Positions 50,781 to 64,000 of a stretch of DNA of 64,000 nt are shown here, one piece after another. The notes under the pieces are model-generated. The model was not told the DNA's origin. It saw nothing but the letters and a program-made list of their open reading frames with translations, and did no database searches. Position 1 is the first letter of the stretch. Each line of letters begins with the position of its first letter. The stretch covers positions 7,828,295-7,892,294 of the forward strand of contig MU058636.1 in the NCBI GenBank assembly GCA_013265495.1, in the 5' to 3' direction. A program made the position numbers and the translations under genes. The stretch is from Vicugna vicugna. Its lineage: Eukaryota.

Positions 50781-51227
50781 AAGAGGTTCACCTCTTAATG
50801 CAGTCTTGCAGCCCAATGCATCCTCAAAATTAAAAAAAAAATTAATTACCTTCTAGTCTGAGTGTTATAGTTTCTTTGTGATCTAGCTCCTAGACATGCT
50901 TAAATTCATTTTGTGACTAAAATGCTTTATTTTGTTAAGTATAAAGGCATCTTGCCCCTACTCTCACCCCCGCCCTCCACATGTATAAATGGTATCCGAT
51001 GGCTCCAAGACGGCTCAAAGCCATCGCCTTTGGTTCAGTTCATACTACAGGTGCGAAGGGCGGGAAATGGGCAGCGATTATGTCCCAGGCCCGACCCGAG
51101 GGAACCACTCCCCAAGCTCTTTCTCCGCAGGTGCTTTTCACTTTAGATTTCCCATTGTCATACATTGCCTGTCAATAGGAAAAGAGGCAAGATAAGCGAC
51201 ACTCTTTTCTTAAGAGGTTTACTTCTT

Positions 51228-51354
51228 TTGGGGGTAGGGGGAGGTAATTAGGTTTATTTATTTATTTTAATGGAGGTACTGGGGATTGAACCTAGGACCT
51301 CCTGCATGCTAAGTATGCACTCTACCACTGAGCTATACCCTCCCCCAAGATCCC
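51228..51354 (-). mobile_element. The same SINE, copy 2 (product of the 574-bp duplication)
   Basis: Identical to 50654-50780 including the TSDs, shifted by 574 bp. Confidence 0.92.
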
Positions 51355-54289
51355 AAGAGGTTCACCTCTTAATGCAGTCTTGCAGCCCAATGCATCCTCA
51401 AAATTAAAAAAAAAATTAATTACCTTCTAGTCTGAGTGTTATAGTTTCTTTGTGATCTAGCTCCTAGACATGCTTAAATTCATTTTGTGACTAAAATGCT
51501 TTATTTTGTTAAGTATAAAGGCATCTTGCCCCTACTCTCACCCCCGCCCTCCACATGTATATTCTTTCTTTATAATCAGGACGTAGTTGATCCCTAATAT
51601 AAATGGCTTTTTGAAGTATGTGTGAGTGAGACTGGTAACTGAGTTGCACTGACATCATCCCCACAGGGCATGTCCCAGTCACCTTCAAATGCTGGGCATT
51701 GTGGCAATGGGGAACCGTTTGCCAACCTCAGAAGTATTCTGGGAATAGTGAGTTCCAGAAAATGGGTTTGAGGCTTATTATTTATTTGACTTATTTATTT
51801 ACTATTTTTGATTCCTCCACATAAGGCAAAGTGCTTTGAAGAGCTCACCACACACGTTCATGGTTCTCACTAAAGAAGCCTCATGTAAGGTAAGATCTAT
51901 TCTGTTCTCCCTGCTGTTGGTTAATTTAACAGATTTTACTGGATGTCTTGATGTATAGAGAGAAATAATGGTATGATGGTGTGTGGCAGCAAATCTATCA
52001 GAGGGTTTCTTTGCAGGTTTCCTGAGTTTTTCTTTCTCTTTTTTAATGAGGGCAGATGAAGGCTGACAGAGCTGATTAATGAGAATGATTAATCATACTA
52101 ATCATTAAGTAAACTTGGACTCATACATTAGAATAAATGTATGAATGAAAGATTAACCCATCACAGGCAAAATTCTCTTATTTGGCCTCTATTCTAGATC
52201 AAGTCTCAGCCCGTTTGATAATATTCCTTCTTCCCTGGGCTCACTCTTCTCCCTGTGCTTGTATTTTAATATCCTTTTGTTTGTTTGTTTGTTTGTTTGT
52301 TTTTTGCTTTAGAAAGAAAAAGTTTGTAGAATTTATGTATTTCTATATTTAAACATATTTTTATATTTAATTAGTTATAACAGAAAAGCAAAATTATGGC
52401 TGCATTTTTGTGTTTTGCTCATTTGGGTTTTTTTAAATAGTAATTTAAGAACCTGGAAAAAAAGTCTTTGACATCAGGGGCCATTCAGTGAACTTTGTTA
52501 AATGAAACTAGAAGCCAAAAAGTAGTGAAACTAGAAGCCAAAAGGAGAATGCCATTTTCTTCAAATAGATATGTATGGATCATATTGCTTTATTATATTA
52601 CTACATTAACACAAAGCATCACAAACTTAACTTTTATAGACTATTTCGTAACTGTTCAAAATGACAACTAAAAATAATGCAGCCTTTAAGTTAATTAAAG
52701 GAATTAGGGAACCCAACAGAAAGGAAGTTCAAATTAAGTGCCTGAGTGGCAGGATTCCTTTTTGCTAACAGATGTACCTAGAGAAATCCAACCAAGGGGT
52801 TAGATGCAGTAGTCCATGATACCACATGTGGACCTGCCTTTGATTCAGAACTAGGGAGTCCATCTGTGCATCCACTGGCCTTTTCAGTTCCAGGGTAGCA
52901 GGCTACTGTGCCCCGTTCTGGGGCCTCACCACCTCTGACTCTGATTTGTGGCAGATATGTCCATGGGACAGAGTGTTCTGGGGTCTCAGTCTCATGACAT
53001 ACAACCCCTCCTGCAAGAGCTCCTTATGAACAGAATCCACACTCATGCTAACATTTGGAACCAAGAAATAGTCATTATTTAGCCTGCACTAAGTTTTGAT
53101 GATAACAACCACAAGAAAATGGAGATTCTGAGTAGTCAAGTAACCATATGCAATTTACCAGTATCTCTAAATGTGAAATGGCACAATCCAGCCAAAACAG
53201 TGTCACTATTTCAAACCTCTGAATTCACATCAGGAACAGGATGGGCTGTCATTAATATTTCCTAAATTATCAACTATTAAGTTGTATTAGGATGGGAGAT
53301 CAGTCAGTCCAGATCTACAATTTGTATTAACGGCTTGATCACTGTCGCTGATACTATTATAGACAATAGTGAACAGGTCTGGAAATTGTAAGCCTATAAT
53401 AGTTCTTTTTAAAAGGGTAGCTTCAGAAGGTAACAGGCCCAAATACAGTTTTTGATGGGAATCAAAAAGATAGGTGGCTGTTAAGAACCTGTTTCAAACT
53501 CAGAAAGACAGGAAGATGACTTAAACCATGGTTAAAACATGAGAGAAGTTCATCTGGGGAACTTTTAACCTATAGATTTGCTTCCCAGAGGTAGCCAAGA
53601 CATCAGCTTTCCCGATTCATCTGCCACAGTAGTCCGGTACTGATCAGAAGTGCCTGGCAATCTATCAACTGTTGCCAATTAAGCTGGTTTAGTCTTATTC
53701 GCTTTCAATTTTCTTGTGCCCAGGATTATAGCAGAAGGATTTGCTCTTCTCATTTCTTAAATAGAACATTCAGAACATGCTATAAAATGCAACTGTAACA
53801 GAAAGCACAGTCAAGTCCTATTGGGCAGGTTCACTTACTGCCCTCAAGCCTGAGAGACTTAAACTTTGAAATGAAGGGTACATACGAACCATTTCAAAGG
53901 CTTGTGTTAAGTATATATGTTACAAAAAAAAAAAAGGAGGAGGAGTAGGAAGAAGAGAAAGAGTTCTGGGCTTAAAAACCAGTTACATTTTCACTGTATA
54001 AGCTATAATTAAATTTTATTTCTATTTCTTAATGAAAATACCTGTATTTTTTCTCATTAAAATTCAGTTCATGTTCTTTGAATCAAAACTCAGTACAGAC
54101 ATGCACAAAATAGAATATGAACATACCCAGAATATCACCCGCTAACAAAAACATATGTTAACAGCATGCTGCATAACCTCCTATTTCCTTCAGTTTAGTG
54201 TAGTTTAATTTAGTCTGGTTTGGTTTGGTTTGATTTTTGCATGCCTCTAAAATTGTGTATGCATGTGTAGTTTCAGTAGCCGTACTAGT

Positions 54290-54860
54290 AGTTTTTATTT
54301 TTTTTACAAAAATGGAATAATACTATGCACGGTTCTGAAGCTTACTTTTTGACTTTTCCATATATATCCAGCATCTTTCCATGTTAGAAAATATAACCCT
54401 CTTGATTACATCAGAATCCTCCATTTATTCGACCGGTCCTTGACTCATGGACATCTTGGTAGCTCCAGTGTTTCACTACAGAGCATATCTTTGTGCATGT
54501 GCCTTTTACATTTGTCTTGATTTTTTTTCCCCATAGGGTAAATTCTCAGAATTTCTTATTTATATTATTAGCCTATAATGCCAAACACTTTTGGATAAAA
54601 AAGGAAGCACTCAATAATTTATCCAACAAGTAGTAAATGTTCCCCACTGTGACCTGGGGTATCTTCTATATGCCTGACAGATTTTTTGCACTTAAAAAAC
54701 AATTTTTATTGTTCTTTAATATTCATAAAGTACACAAGTACATAATTTATGATTTGTGTGTTCAATCTGAACACACCTATGCAAATGGAACCCAGGTCAA
54801 AAAATAAAATATTTACCCAGTATCCTCCTTTGTGCCCCTCATATGCCTTGGCAACCAATT
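54290..54860 (-). mobile_element. Old L1 (L1ME-like) fragments
   Basis: 'tttttacaaaaatggaataatactatg...catctttccatg...catggacatcttggtagctccag...acacctatgcaaatggaacccaggtcaaaaaataaaatatttacccag'. Confidence 0.6.
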
Positions 54861-56649
54861 GATCAGTCCAACGCTTCCTCATGAGAGAGTTCTTGGTGAG
54901 CTTGTTGACCTTGATTTTCATGAGTCAACTGGTAGATTATTGGCACTGTGCCTTTCAGACTGACAGTGGAATACTGATTGACGCTTCTCAGACCTTCAAA
55001 AAGACTCCTTGTCAACAAAGTTGGCCTAGTTCACTGGAATTAATTTCCAAGATCTATCATTCTGTCCTCTTATCACTTTATCATCCCTATCAGTTTTGGC
55101 CTCAGATTTGTCCACTGGACCCTGCTTGGCACACACTTGGGTTCACATGATGAATTAATCTCTGGATAACAAAAGAAATCGGTTAACTTGTTTTTCATAT
55201 GGTTTGCCCTTGTTGGCCACCCAGCTCAGCTGAGTAGAGAGTGGATTTAGAGCTGGAAAGGAGTTGTGGGCCCCCGGTTTATGGTTTCTGTCACCAGCTG
55301 TCTCCTGCCAGCCCATCAAAATTTACTTAACTTTTGGAGACCACAGTTTCTTGATTTTTGAGGACTTCCAGCTCCTTGATTCTATGAAAAACATTTTCCT
55401 TTAATGTCGCTGTTGTTGTTTGTTTGTTCGTTTTTATAGAGGAAAGTTAATACTGAGAGAGACCATATGGAAAGAAGGAATAAGATACATGATAAGTGCT
55501 TTAAGTCAGTTCCACAAAGAAAGAGGAGAAAAACGTGTGCTTCTGCTGTGCTGCCGTGTTTTCATTCTTTTTATTATGCTTCTAAGAAGCTGAGGTCTGT
55601 ATCTGTTTCTCAGCACAATACTGCTGAGGAGCTCACTGCTCCCATCACCGTGGCTATGATCTCGATGAAGTGCTACTCTCAAAGGCAGGTGCACGCACCA
55701 GTGTCAGCCCTTGAATTGTTAACTACTCATTCACCACGACAGATGGAACTTGAGCCAGACTATAAATCAAATAAGGCACTAAACACACTTTTTACTTTAG
55801 ATGACTTTTTTTGCAGTAAGACTTTCTTGATGAAGGAAGCCATGTTTTGCAAGCTCCTCTTCTCACAAGGACTCATGACCCATGTAGTCATGAGGGAGCC
55901 AAGTGGCTACTTTGAGGAGCATAGATCTCTAACATGGGGCTTTGTAGTTAAACTGAGAAAGTTATAAAAATGTAAACATTTTCTGTGCTGATTTTCTATT
56001 GAAACTGGGTTTGTTTTTTTTTAATCCTTGAGACAGACAGAGCACCATGGCATACGATGTTCTTGAGTGCAGTAAATGATCACACCCTTCCCTGCAATGA
56101 TCAGAAAGTGGGTATTGTCCTTGACCCTTTTTATCTCCACAGACAAGCACAGGGACAAGCGCTGTGATTATAAGGGACTTGACAATTTTCAAAGGATGTG
56201 ATTACCGTAAAGTTTAACTTAATACTTTAAATTAAAACCATGCATCTTATTTCCACATCCAGTCAGGTTCTCCCTGACTCACCAGGATAAACTCTCTTTT
56301 GATTTTTATTGTGCTCTTCAGAATACATTTGTTACCACTGTTTGGCTATGTTCAGGGTGATGTATTTCAGCATTAACGGCAGATTCCTCTGTCCTTTCCT
56401 CAACTATCCCAGTGGAAACGTGACTAAATAAAACCTTTGTTGAATATTGTTGAGAGACACAATTGCTTGGTAAAAGTATGGTTGGAGTTTGCTCTGGAGC
56501 CTGAACCATTAACTTTACTGCCATAACATTTTATATTGCCTTAATATTTTATAAAAATATTTATAAATTGAGAGAGTGCTCATTATTTTTCTTTCCTATT
56601 GAATAATTACCTTTTGACTAATCAGTATGATTCTTATATCAGATCATTA

Positions 56650-57230
56650 TTCATTCATTCAGTAAATATTATCAGGCATCTAAAAATAGAACAAGTAGGG
56701 ACTATCTCTCCAAGAAGCTTCCAGTTTCTTCACTCCTTTATCCTTTCATTCCTGCAACCATCCAACAAATACTTCTAGAGCATCTTTATACCAGACATTG
56801 GATTTATGGATAGAAAGATTAGTCCTCTATTCTAACAGTTCACAGTCCAGCAAAGCAGACCAACAGGTTAAAAAACATAGTAAGTATAATAAAATGTGAG
56901 AAATTCTGGTGTAAAAAAGTATAGCAAGTATCCTGAGAATGCACTGGAAGGAGCCAGAAATTTGCACAGATAAACCAGGTGGGGATTTATATTATGAATG
57001 AATAACTCAATGAGACAGAGGAGGGAAGGTTTGAGTAGCGTCTTGAAGAACGAACAAATTGGATTTGGGCTGGAGTTAGGGAGAAGACATGCAAATATAA
57101 GGATTAAACATAAGGATTTTTTTTTTGGACTCTGGGCAATCTAAAACAGCTTGATATGCCTGGAACACCATTCTTAGAGACAATGAGAAAAACGAGATGG
57201 GAAAAGTAGCATGTGGCCATAGAGTAAGGG
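56650..57230 (-). mobile_element. L2 LINE remnants
   Basis: 'ttcattcattcagtaaatattatcaggcatcta...ttcacagtccag...tttgagtagcgtcttgaagaacgaa'. Confidence 0.6.
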
Positions 57231-57867
57231 ACATATAATATAAGACAGATAACATAAAAAAGGTTCATTTTTTTAGATTTTTTTTCTCAAAATGGTCACT
57301 ATAAAAATTACATGTGTATTTGACTCACACACATAATATTTTCTCACCTTCCTGTACATTACTATGTGCAGGAATAGTTAACAAGTGGTTGTTGAATGAA
57401 TAATTGAATACATCAAAGAATACAATTTTTCTTAACCAAAGGATATACCACTGTCCCACTAAGTGCATAATGAGTTGCTTTTGCCCATTGAGGATCCTGA
57501 GTTAGTCTTAATATCTTTATCATCTCTCCCCTGTTCTCTCTTGAAGCCATTTGTGTGTGTTTAAGTGACAGCCGGTCAGGACTGTCCTTCTACAGTACCA
57601 TCTCATCACGCTCCAGCTTGTCAGGGAATATCTTCATGGCTATACCAGCAGCTAAGTCTCATCCCTTTAAACCTCACTCTTGTATGAAATTAAAGCGAAC
57701 CAAAAACACTCTTTACAACCTCCTTTCTCACCAATGCCAAAAGAGAGTCTTAATGCCATACATAACAATTCATGCAGCTCTCAGTTATTGAGAATTTGAC
57801 TCCTTCAAAGTCAGTTTCTTGAATACCCATCGTAACCTCTGCCATAATAGCATAGTGAGAACTTACT

Positions 57868-58252
57868 TCAGTCAGTAGAAGGTAGACTATGCTGCAATAA
57901 AAAATAAGCCAGTATTCTCAGTGGCTTAAAACAATAGAATTGATTTATTGTTCACACTAAGTGTTAATAGAGCCATCAAGGGGTGAAGGCGCTCACGGTG
58001 CTCACCCAGGAACCCAGACGAACAGAAGCTGGCCAGTACTCACAGTTATTGCAGAAGAAGGGAGGAGTGTAGTAAATCTCATACCGAATCTTACGTTTAC
58101 TACCCAGAAGTAGCATATGTCACTTTTCTCAAATTTACTCACTGAAACAAGTCACCCTAATTTCAGAGTGAGTGGAAACACACAATCCTACCATGTGCCT
58201 GGACAGAGGGGGAAGAATGGCAGAAGCACGTGAACATCACTAAGGACCACAG
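57868..58252. mobile_element. MaLR LTR (MLT1J/K-like)
   Basis: 'gtagactatgctgcaataa...tctcagtggcttaaaacaa...tttattgttcacac...cacaatcctaccatgtgcctgg'. Confidence 0.7.
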
Positions 58253-58329
58253 GTCTCAAATTTATTCCTCTTTTACCTTCATCCTGCCTGGAGAGAAGAA
58301 ATGTAATTAACGTATGTTTGGAGAGATAG

Positions 58330-58480
58330 GGATACAGATTTCAATTCCAGTCCCACCTCTAAGTGGCTGGGTGACCTTAGGCAAGCTTTTAAATTCTCTG
58401 GTCCTTAATTTTCTCATATGTTAAAGAAAGGTGGGGGAATAATATTAACTACAGTAAAGAGCTGTGGAGATTAAAGAAAA
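58330..58480 (+). mobile_element. MIR SINE remnant
   Basis: 'ttcaattccagtcccacctctaagtggctgggtgaccttaggcaag...ttttctcatatg'. Confidence 0.75.
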
Positions 58481-60042
58481 TACACATGCACCGTGCACAT
58501 GCGCCCACACACACAGCTAGTACATGCTTCTATTTAATAAATACTGGCTGCTATCATTCATCTTGTTGTTGTTGTTTGTCTGGACATTCTTTCTCCTACA
58601 CAAGCATCCCGGGTCTACCTTCCCCTGCCTATCACGTGCTGAAGACCTTGTTCCCATTCCGTGATGACTTGGGGATACTCCCACCATCCCCTCACCCCCC
58701 CCCAACTCTTCTGGCATGATGCTCCCTACATCCCAGCGCACACCACTGAAATAAAAGAGAACTAAGACTAGATGTAAGAGCAGTGAGTGATGTATGAATG
58801 TGTGTCTCTGACCAAGGCTATTCCTACAACTAAACAAAAACACAGAACATACAGCCTTAAAGGGCAAGATGAAGAGCTCAGCCTCAATACAGGACAAAGC
58901 CAAAGTCAGTTCAATCTTGTATAAAAGATACTTATGATTTCCTTGAGTAAAACCATATTTATTTACATTTTTGAAAAGAATGTATAACTTTTTTATATAG
59001 ATCATCAGTGCAGTTGTCTGTTTACTACAAATAATTCCCAATTACTTTTCAGATTTACCTCCTTGCATTTTAAAGTTGAAATACATTCTGGGCGAATTGG
59101 AGCCTACACTTGTTTATTGCTTCCATATTGTCTTTGACAGATTCTGGTCCTAAGTTGTTATTGCAAATGACAACAAGCTGCTGAGGATGTGATTTCCTCC
59201 CACATTGACAGCCCACTATATCATTTGTTCCATGTTACAAGGAACATGTAGACATTCTCTTTGTTAGACCAGATCTTTGAGTTCATCGTGCTGCCAGAGA
59301 CAGACAGAGGGTATAATGAATGAGAGAATATTAAGGCAAGCTCTGCTGCTCAATCCACACAAAGGATTAGCAGGACCACGGGAAGTCCCACATAGGAACA
59401 GGCTTTCCTGATGAAGATCACAGTGTCCTCTTTTCTATCTCCTGCCCTCCCTGGTCAACCTGGAAATCCTGGTAGAAGAGTAATTTCAGAGCCGTGAAGG
59501 AGAACTTTGTCTCCTTGTTAGGCTGATGTTTTATGTAACCTCTGCCTAAAATCTGACTAGTCTGGTACGCATCAATTTAGGGTACCTACCCAGAGCCTCA
59601 GTTGTGTGACTGGCGAAAAGCATTGTTAATATCAGTGCTCCCTACTTTTTTCATTTGCAGCTGCATTTTGCAATGACTGGATTCATTTTTAAATTGTTTA
59701 TTGGCTCCTATTCCAAAAGATACTGACTCCAGACTGAAGAAGAGTTCATGTGGTTGGGTTTAGCCTCTTGCCACACTAGAGGACTCACCCAACCCAGGGT
59801 GATCAGGGAGGTGGTTGCTAGTTTAAGAGTTGTAAGGAGTGTGAGTTCTTTGATCTGCTGAACATGGTGTTTGAAGACTGCTTGACGCCTGCTGCCTAAA
59901 TCACTTGTGCTGAGTTTATCTGCTGCTTCTGTTTCCTGCAGTCCCTCTACGGAGCCTGGACCTCACTGGCTATTGGGGAGTTTCAGTGAGTGTTCCAAGA
60001 GTCCACCTACTCATTAGTTCTCATTAGAAAACTACTCTCTCT

Positions 60043-60527
60043 CGGACCTTGAGGGTGTTATGCTAAGTGAAATAAGTCAGACAAGAAAGACAAATACCAC
60101 ATGGTCTCACTTGTATGTGGAATCTAAAAACAAAAACAAAAACAAAAACAAAAACAAAGAACAAGCTCATAGATAGACTGGTGGAGGAGTGGGGGGGTGG
60201 GGGGTGGGAATGGGTGAAGTGGGTGAAAGTGGTCAAAAGGTACAAATTTCCAGTTATAAAATAAGTAAGTCATGGGGATATAATGTATAGTATGGTGACT
60301 AGAGTTAATAATACTGCACTGTATATTTGAAGTTGCTAAGAGAGTAGATCTTAAAAGTTCTCATCCTAAGGAAAAAAAAACTGTGACTATGGATGGTAGC
60401 AGATGTTGACTTATTGTGGTGATCATTTTGCAATATACAAATATCAAATCACTACGTTGTATACCCCAAACCAACACATCATTAATGTCCGTTATATCTC
60501 TATTTGTAAAAAAAAAAAAAAAAAAAA
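60043..60527 (+). mobile_element. L1 (L1MA-like) 3' end with poly(A) tail and internal (AAAAAC)n
   Basis: 'ggaccttgagggtgttatgctaagtgaaataagtcagac...gtggaatctaaaaa...ttgctaagagagtagatcttaaaagttctcatc...' then about 20 A. Confidence 0.92.
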
Positions 60528-63500
60528 CAAAAAGAACATGCATTTCCTGATAACAAGAACATTCTCCTTTATCACACTTAGGAAATTTAATATTGACATA
60601 CTGTGATTATCCAACGTATAGTCTATGTCCAAATTTCCCCAGTTGTCTTCATCATATCCTTTATAACAAAGATGTTTTTCCTTTTAATTGGTCCAAGGAT
60701 CTTGCACTGAATTAGAGGATAAATCTTGAAATCTGCATCCTACTTTTTCTTCTGTGAGTGTTCAGCTGACTACTAAATAATGTAATACAGCCAAAACTGG
60801 ATGTATCCAAAACTTAGCCTGCCTAAGCTGCCAATTGCTAAGCATTATTCTTTTTAAATGCCCATTTCACTGTGGAAAGCATCATCATACTGTCAGCCAT
60901 AGAGGACTGGAAGAATGAGAGAACTTATTTAGCAAAATTCATGTGTACGTATTATGTGAAGCACTGGGCTAATATCCCAAAGGGATGGGCAATTTACACA
61001 CTATGTAATCAACTAAAGGACTATTTGTGGTTGTATTATGAGGGACGATGGTTCATTAATTCAAGTAAATGCTGTGCCTTGGGTAAAAATGTCATCGTGT
61101 AGAAGACTCCATGAGCTTGAGTCCCTGCTGGGAAATGCAAGACTTAAAACACTTATACATATTTGTCATATTCCAATCCATTTTTAAGGAGTAGGCTATA
61201 AAGCATCTTAGTTTAAACAAATGTAAATACATGTCAATAGAGAGAGAGATATAGTGGCCTGTTTAACTGATTTGCTAACACTAAAGTTCTTTCAAACAAC
61301 CTTTGTCATCACTTGTTTTTTTCCAAGTTGTTCCTGTACATGTGATTTTATACATAGAGAATGGTTTTTAGTTTTTGGTCTATTCTTAAGTTCAAGATTA
61401 GAGAAGTGGATACATTAAATAATTTATGTTCCTCTCTTCCATATGCCTCGATTATCAAGATATTTTAAGTGGAAATTAAGTTTGGGGTTTAAGGTATAGA
61501 GTGAATGAAATACTTACTATATTTCCTTTCCTGTAAGTTGAAAGTTTACAAGACAAATGAAAATTTACAAGATAATGTACACAAAACAACAATAGAACAT
61601 TTACAGAAAGATACACAAACAAAATGTTTTTCACTGAGCACATGAGCCTGGATGCCTATGGAAGATGGAGGGAAATGGAGTGAAGACTGGAGAGAAGAAG
61701 GAATCAGTGATGACAATACGCCACAAACAGAGGAATATACATATTTAAAAAGGGAGATGATAGTAAAAACAAGAAAAGAAAGAGTGGCATTGGTTGGGAG
61801 TGGTACAATCTCACATTTCCCTCTTATTATACCACTTGACAATTGTGGCCTTTGGCCGCCCACTTCAGAGGAATCTGATTAAATTAAGGGTGGACTTCAT
61901 CAAATGCTTATAGAAAACCCTAATTTCCAAGCTCTTCTCCGTTTCCTTAGAGCACTTTTAGAGACACCCAAAGGCCCCTGGAGCCTGAGAGTCTACCTGC
62001 AAAGGTTTAAACAAAACAAAACAATAAAGATTTACGACAATCACAAAATTAAGTTTACAAGAATAATCTTTCCAAATATCATGATCTATAAGGAGACTGT
62101 TATGAGCATTTCCTGATTGGACAAAAAATATATTTGATACACATTATTTTAACTGTACGGAAAGATTGAGAGACAATGGAAAGGGGAAAACACCACTCTC
62201 TGACTGGAGCATGGCTGACTGAGAATTTTCAAAAACTTATCTAGTCTTATTAAAAATAAGCAAGTTTTTGGTATAAAAATGCTAAATTTAACCAATTCTA
62301 GCTGCTCCAAGAATTAAAAAATGTTTTTCTTAATACTCTTTAAAATATTGGAAATGATCAGAGCTGAGTGGAGGGAGAAGATTGAACCTGAAAGTCCTCA
62401 TTAAAAAAGCTGTAACATCTTCAAAGGCCAATTTTGCTTCTTACCATCTTTCTTTGCACTGATTCATTTCAACCTTGCCTGTGATCTTCAAGTCATTTGT
62501 TCTCTGGCTGTTTGCTTTTTCTATACATCAAGTGTTTTGCCAATGACCTCTTCTCCTGCTGCCTACAAGTCAAGTGACTTTCATTGTTCTGCTACTTCTT
62601 AACCAGTCCATGTGTCCTTCAACCTTTAAGTTGCCAATTTTCTCACTCTGATTTAGGCTAATTGTGTTAACCAAGATGGGTCCAGTCTTCCCAAAGTGCA
62701 GGACAGAGCCCACCTTGGTCTTTTCTAAACATCATAAAAGAATCATGAAAATGCTATGCCTAGAACTGGCTTTATATTTGATCTTTTGATCCAGGAAAGT
62801 ATTCACTTAAACTCTTTTTTTCTAAGGGAGTGTCATTTTAAAATAATTATTCTTACTAAGGCAGTGATTTGGACATAAGATCTTATCAAGAAATATAAAT
62901 AAAGCAAAAATTTATTAAGAATAATTGTTCAATTTCCCCAGGAAAATAGTGCTATATAAATGGAAAGGAACTCATATCTGTAATTACTTTTGAGGCTACA
63001 CAAGATAGACGGTCAAAACAGTTATGTTCATATCCCATCTTGAAATACTTTACTTTTTTTAACTTCACTGAATCTACACTGTTTTGTATACAAAGAAAGG
63101 TATACTCTGAATTTTCTGTGAATTATACCTTATGTGGATAACTAATTTTTACAGAATTAGGACAAAATAATTAGTCTAACATAAAAGTCTTCTGAATATA
63201 ATTTAATCATTTTGCTGAGAAGATATTTTACTGAGCCTGAGGCTAATCCAGAGAGATAGAAGTCATCACCAAAGTAAAGAGAGATTAAGAGATTGGACTG
63301 AATCCAAAGCCACCTAATGACCTACCCTAGAAATTGATTTTTAAAATAAATCATAGTTTCCAAGCTATTACTTTGACATATCTTTAATTTTCACCAAAGT
63401 ACTATGAAAAAGTCTGATTATATTTTCTGATCATTCTTTTGAACCAGAAATAAAGAGGACGGTTCATTTTAATTTTTTTTTTTTTGGCTTACATTATCCA

Positions 63501-64000
63501 GTCCAGACCATGAATTCCAGTGCATTATTCAGAATCTTTATCTCTCAACATTTCTTTTCATAAGCTGGTCCTCTGACTCCAGGAGTTGATAGCAGATAGA
63601 CTAAAATTTTTTTCCTTCCTTGTTTTTTTTGGGGGTGGGGGGGAGGGCGGAGGCTGGATGCAGGGAATCCTAATGTGATTCTACTCATTTTCACTCAAAA
63701 TTCTTCTCCCAGAATGTTGTATTGATTAAGTAGGAGCAGTTCTCAAATAGGCAAATATATGGAAGGGCTTGATCAGCTTTGAATATGATTAGTAGTACGA
63801 TAATAAACTTTATTTGCATTATTGCAAGCCCAGGGGTCAGTGTTTGCCCTTGACTGCAAGTGAAGATTTACATTTAGAGAAGAGTATAGTGTTTGCACCA
63901 ACCTTCTCTCACCTAGCATGACCTAAAAGGCCATTCAGCAAAGAGAAAGCATTAGGAGAAAAGATCATCATGCAATTGAAAAGGAATGGCTCAAGGTCTT

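Larger units (their letters stand above)
50414..51561. repeat. Head-to-tail tandem duplication, 2 x 574 bp, one visible mismatch
   Basis: Copy 1 is 50414-50987 and copy 2 is 50988-51561; the difference is C50507 vs T51081, also seen in the ORF track as QRLRPRP vs QRLCPRP. Confidence 0.98.

Noticed and set aside
58517..59041. 174-aa minus-strand ORF
   Set aside because: Non-ATG start, no recognisable domain or splice context, and composition typical of random intronic ORFs
61560..62200. A-rich stretch resembling very old L1 ORF2
   Set aside because: No diagnostic motif was readable, so it was left unannotated
1..64000. A novel multi-gene system (defence island, operon, viral insert)
   Set aside because: There is no gene-dense segment, no compositional shift other than the CpG island, and no recognisable non-TE protein. 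Most of the ORF track fits chance ORFs in non-coding mammalian DNA

Overview
This is mammalian genomic DNA, not prokaryotic. It is most likely camelid: it carries tRNA-derived SINEs matching what I recall of the camelid Vic-1 type, and I see no Alu, Bov-tA/BovB, PRE-1 or CAN-SINEs. About 1-48 kb is repeat-rich, apparently intergenic sequence: L1 3' ends, MaLR/ERV LTRs, MIR, L2, MER5-type hAT MITEs and a Charlie1-type hAT transposase fossil. A CpG island with GC boxes and an inverted CCAAT box at about 48.7-50.5 kb looks like a gene promoter. It has a probable non-coding first exon on + ending at a CAG|GTCAGT donor (49317/49318), so the rest of the window is probably intron 1. I cannot name the gene and found no recognisable host coding exon. 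The only recognisable protein-coding sequences are disrupted L1 ORF2 pieces and a decayed hAT transposase. The most striking oddity is a head-to-tail 574-bp duplication (50414-50987 / 50988-51561) with one C/T difference, which is either very recent or a haplotype assembly artefact. Also notable are three L1s with 5' inversions, an L1 inserted next to the catalytic motif of the Charlie transposase, and an internally deleted SINE. I do not see convincing evidence of an undescribed biological system. Repeat family names come from recall of consensus sequences, and boundaries of old repeats are approximate.
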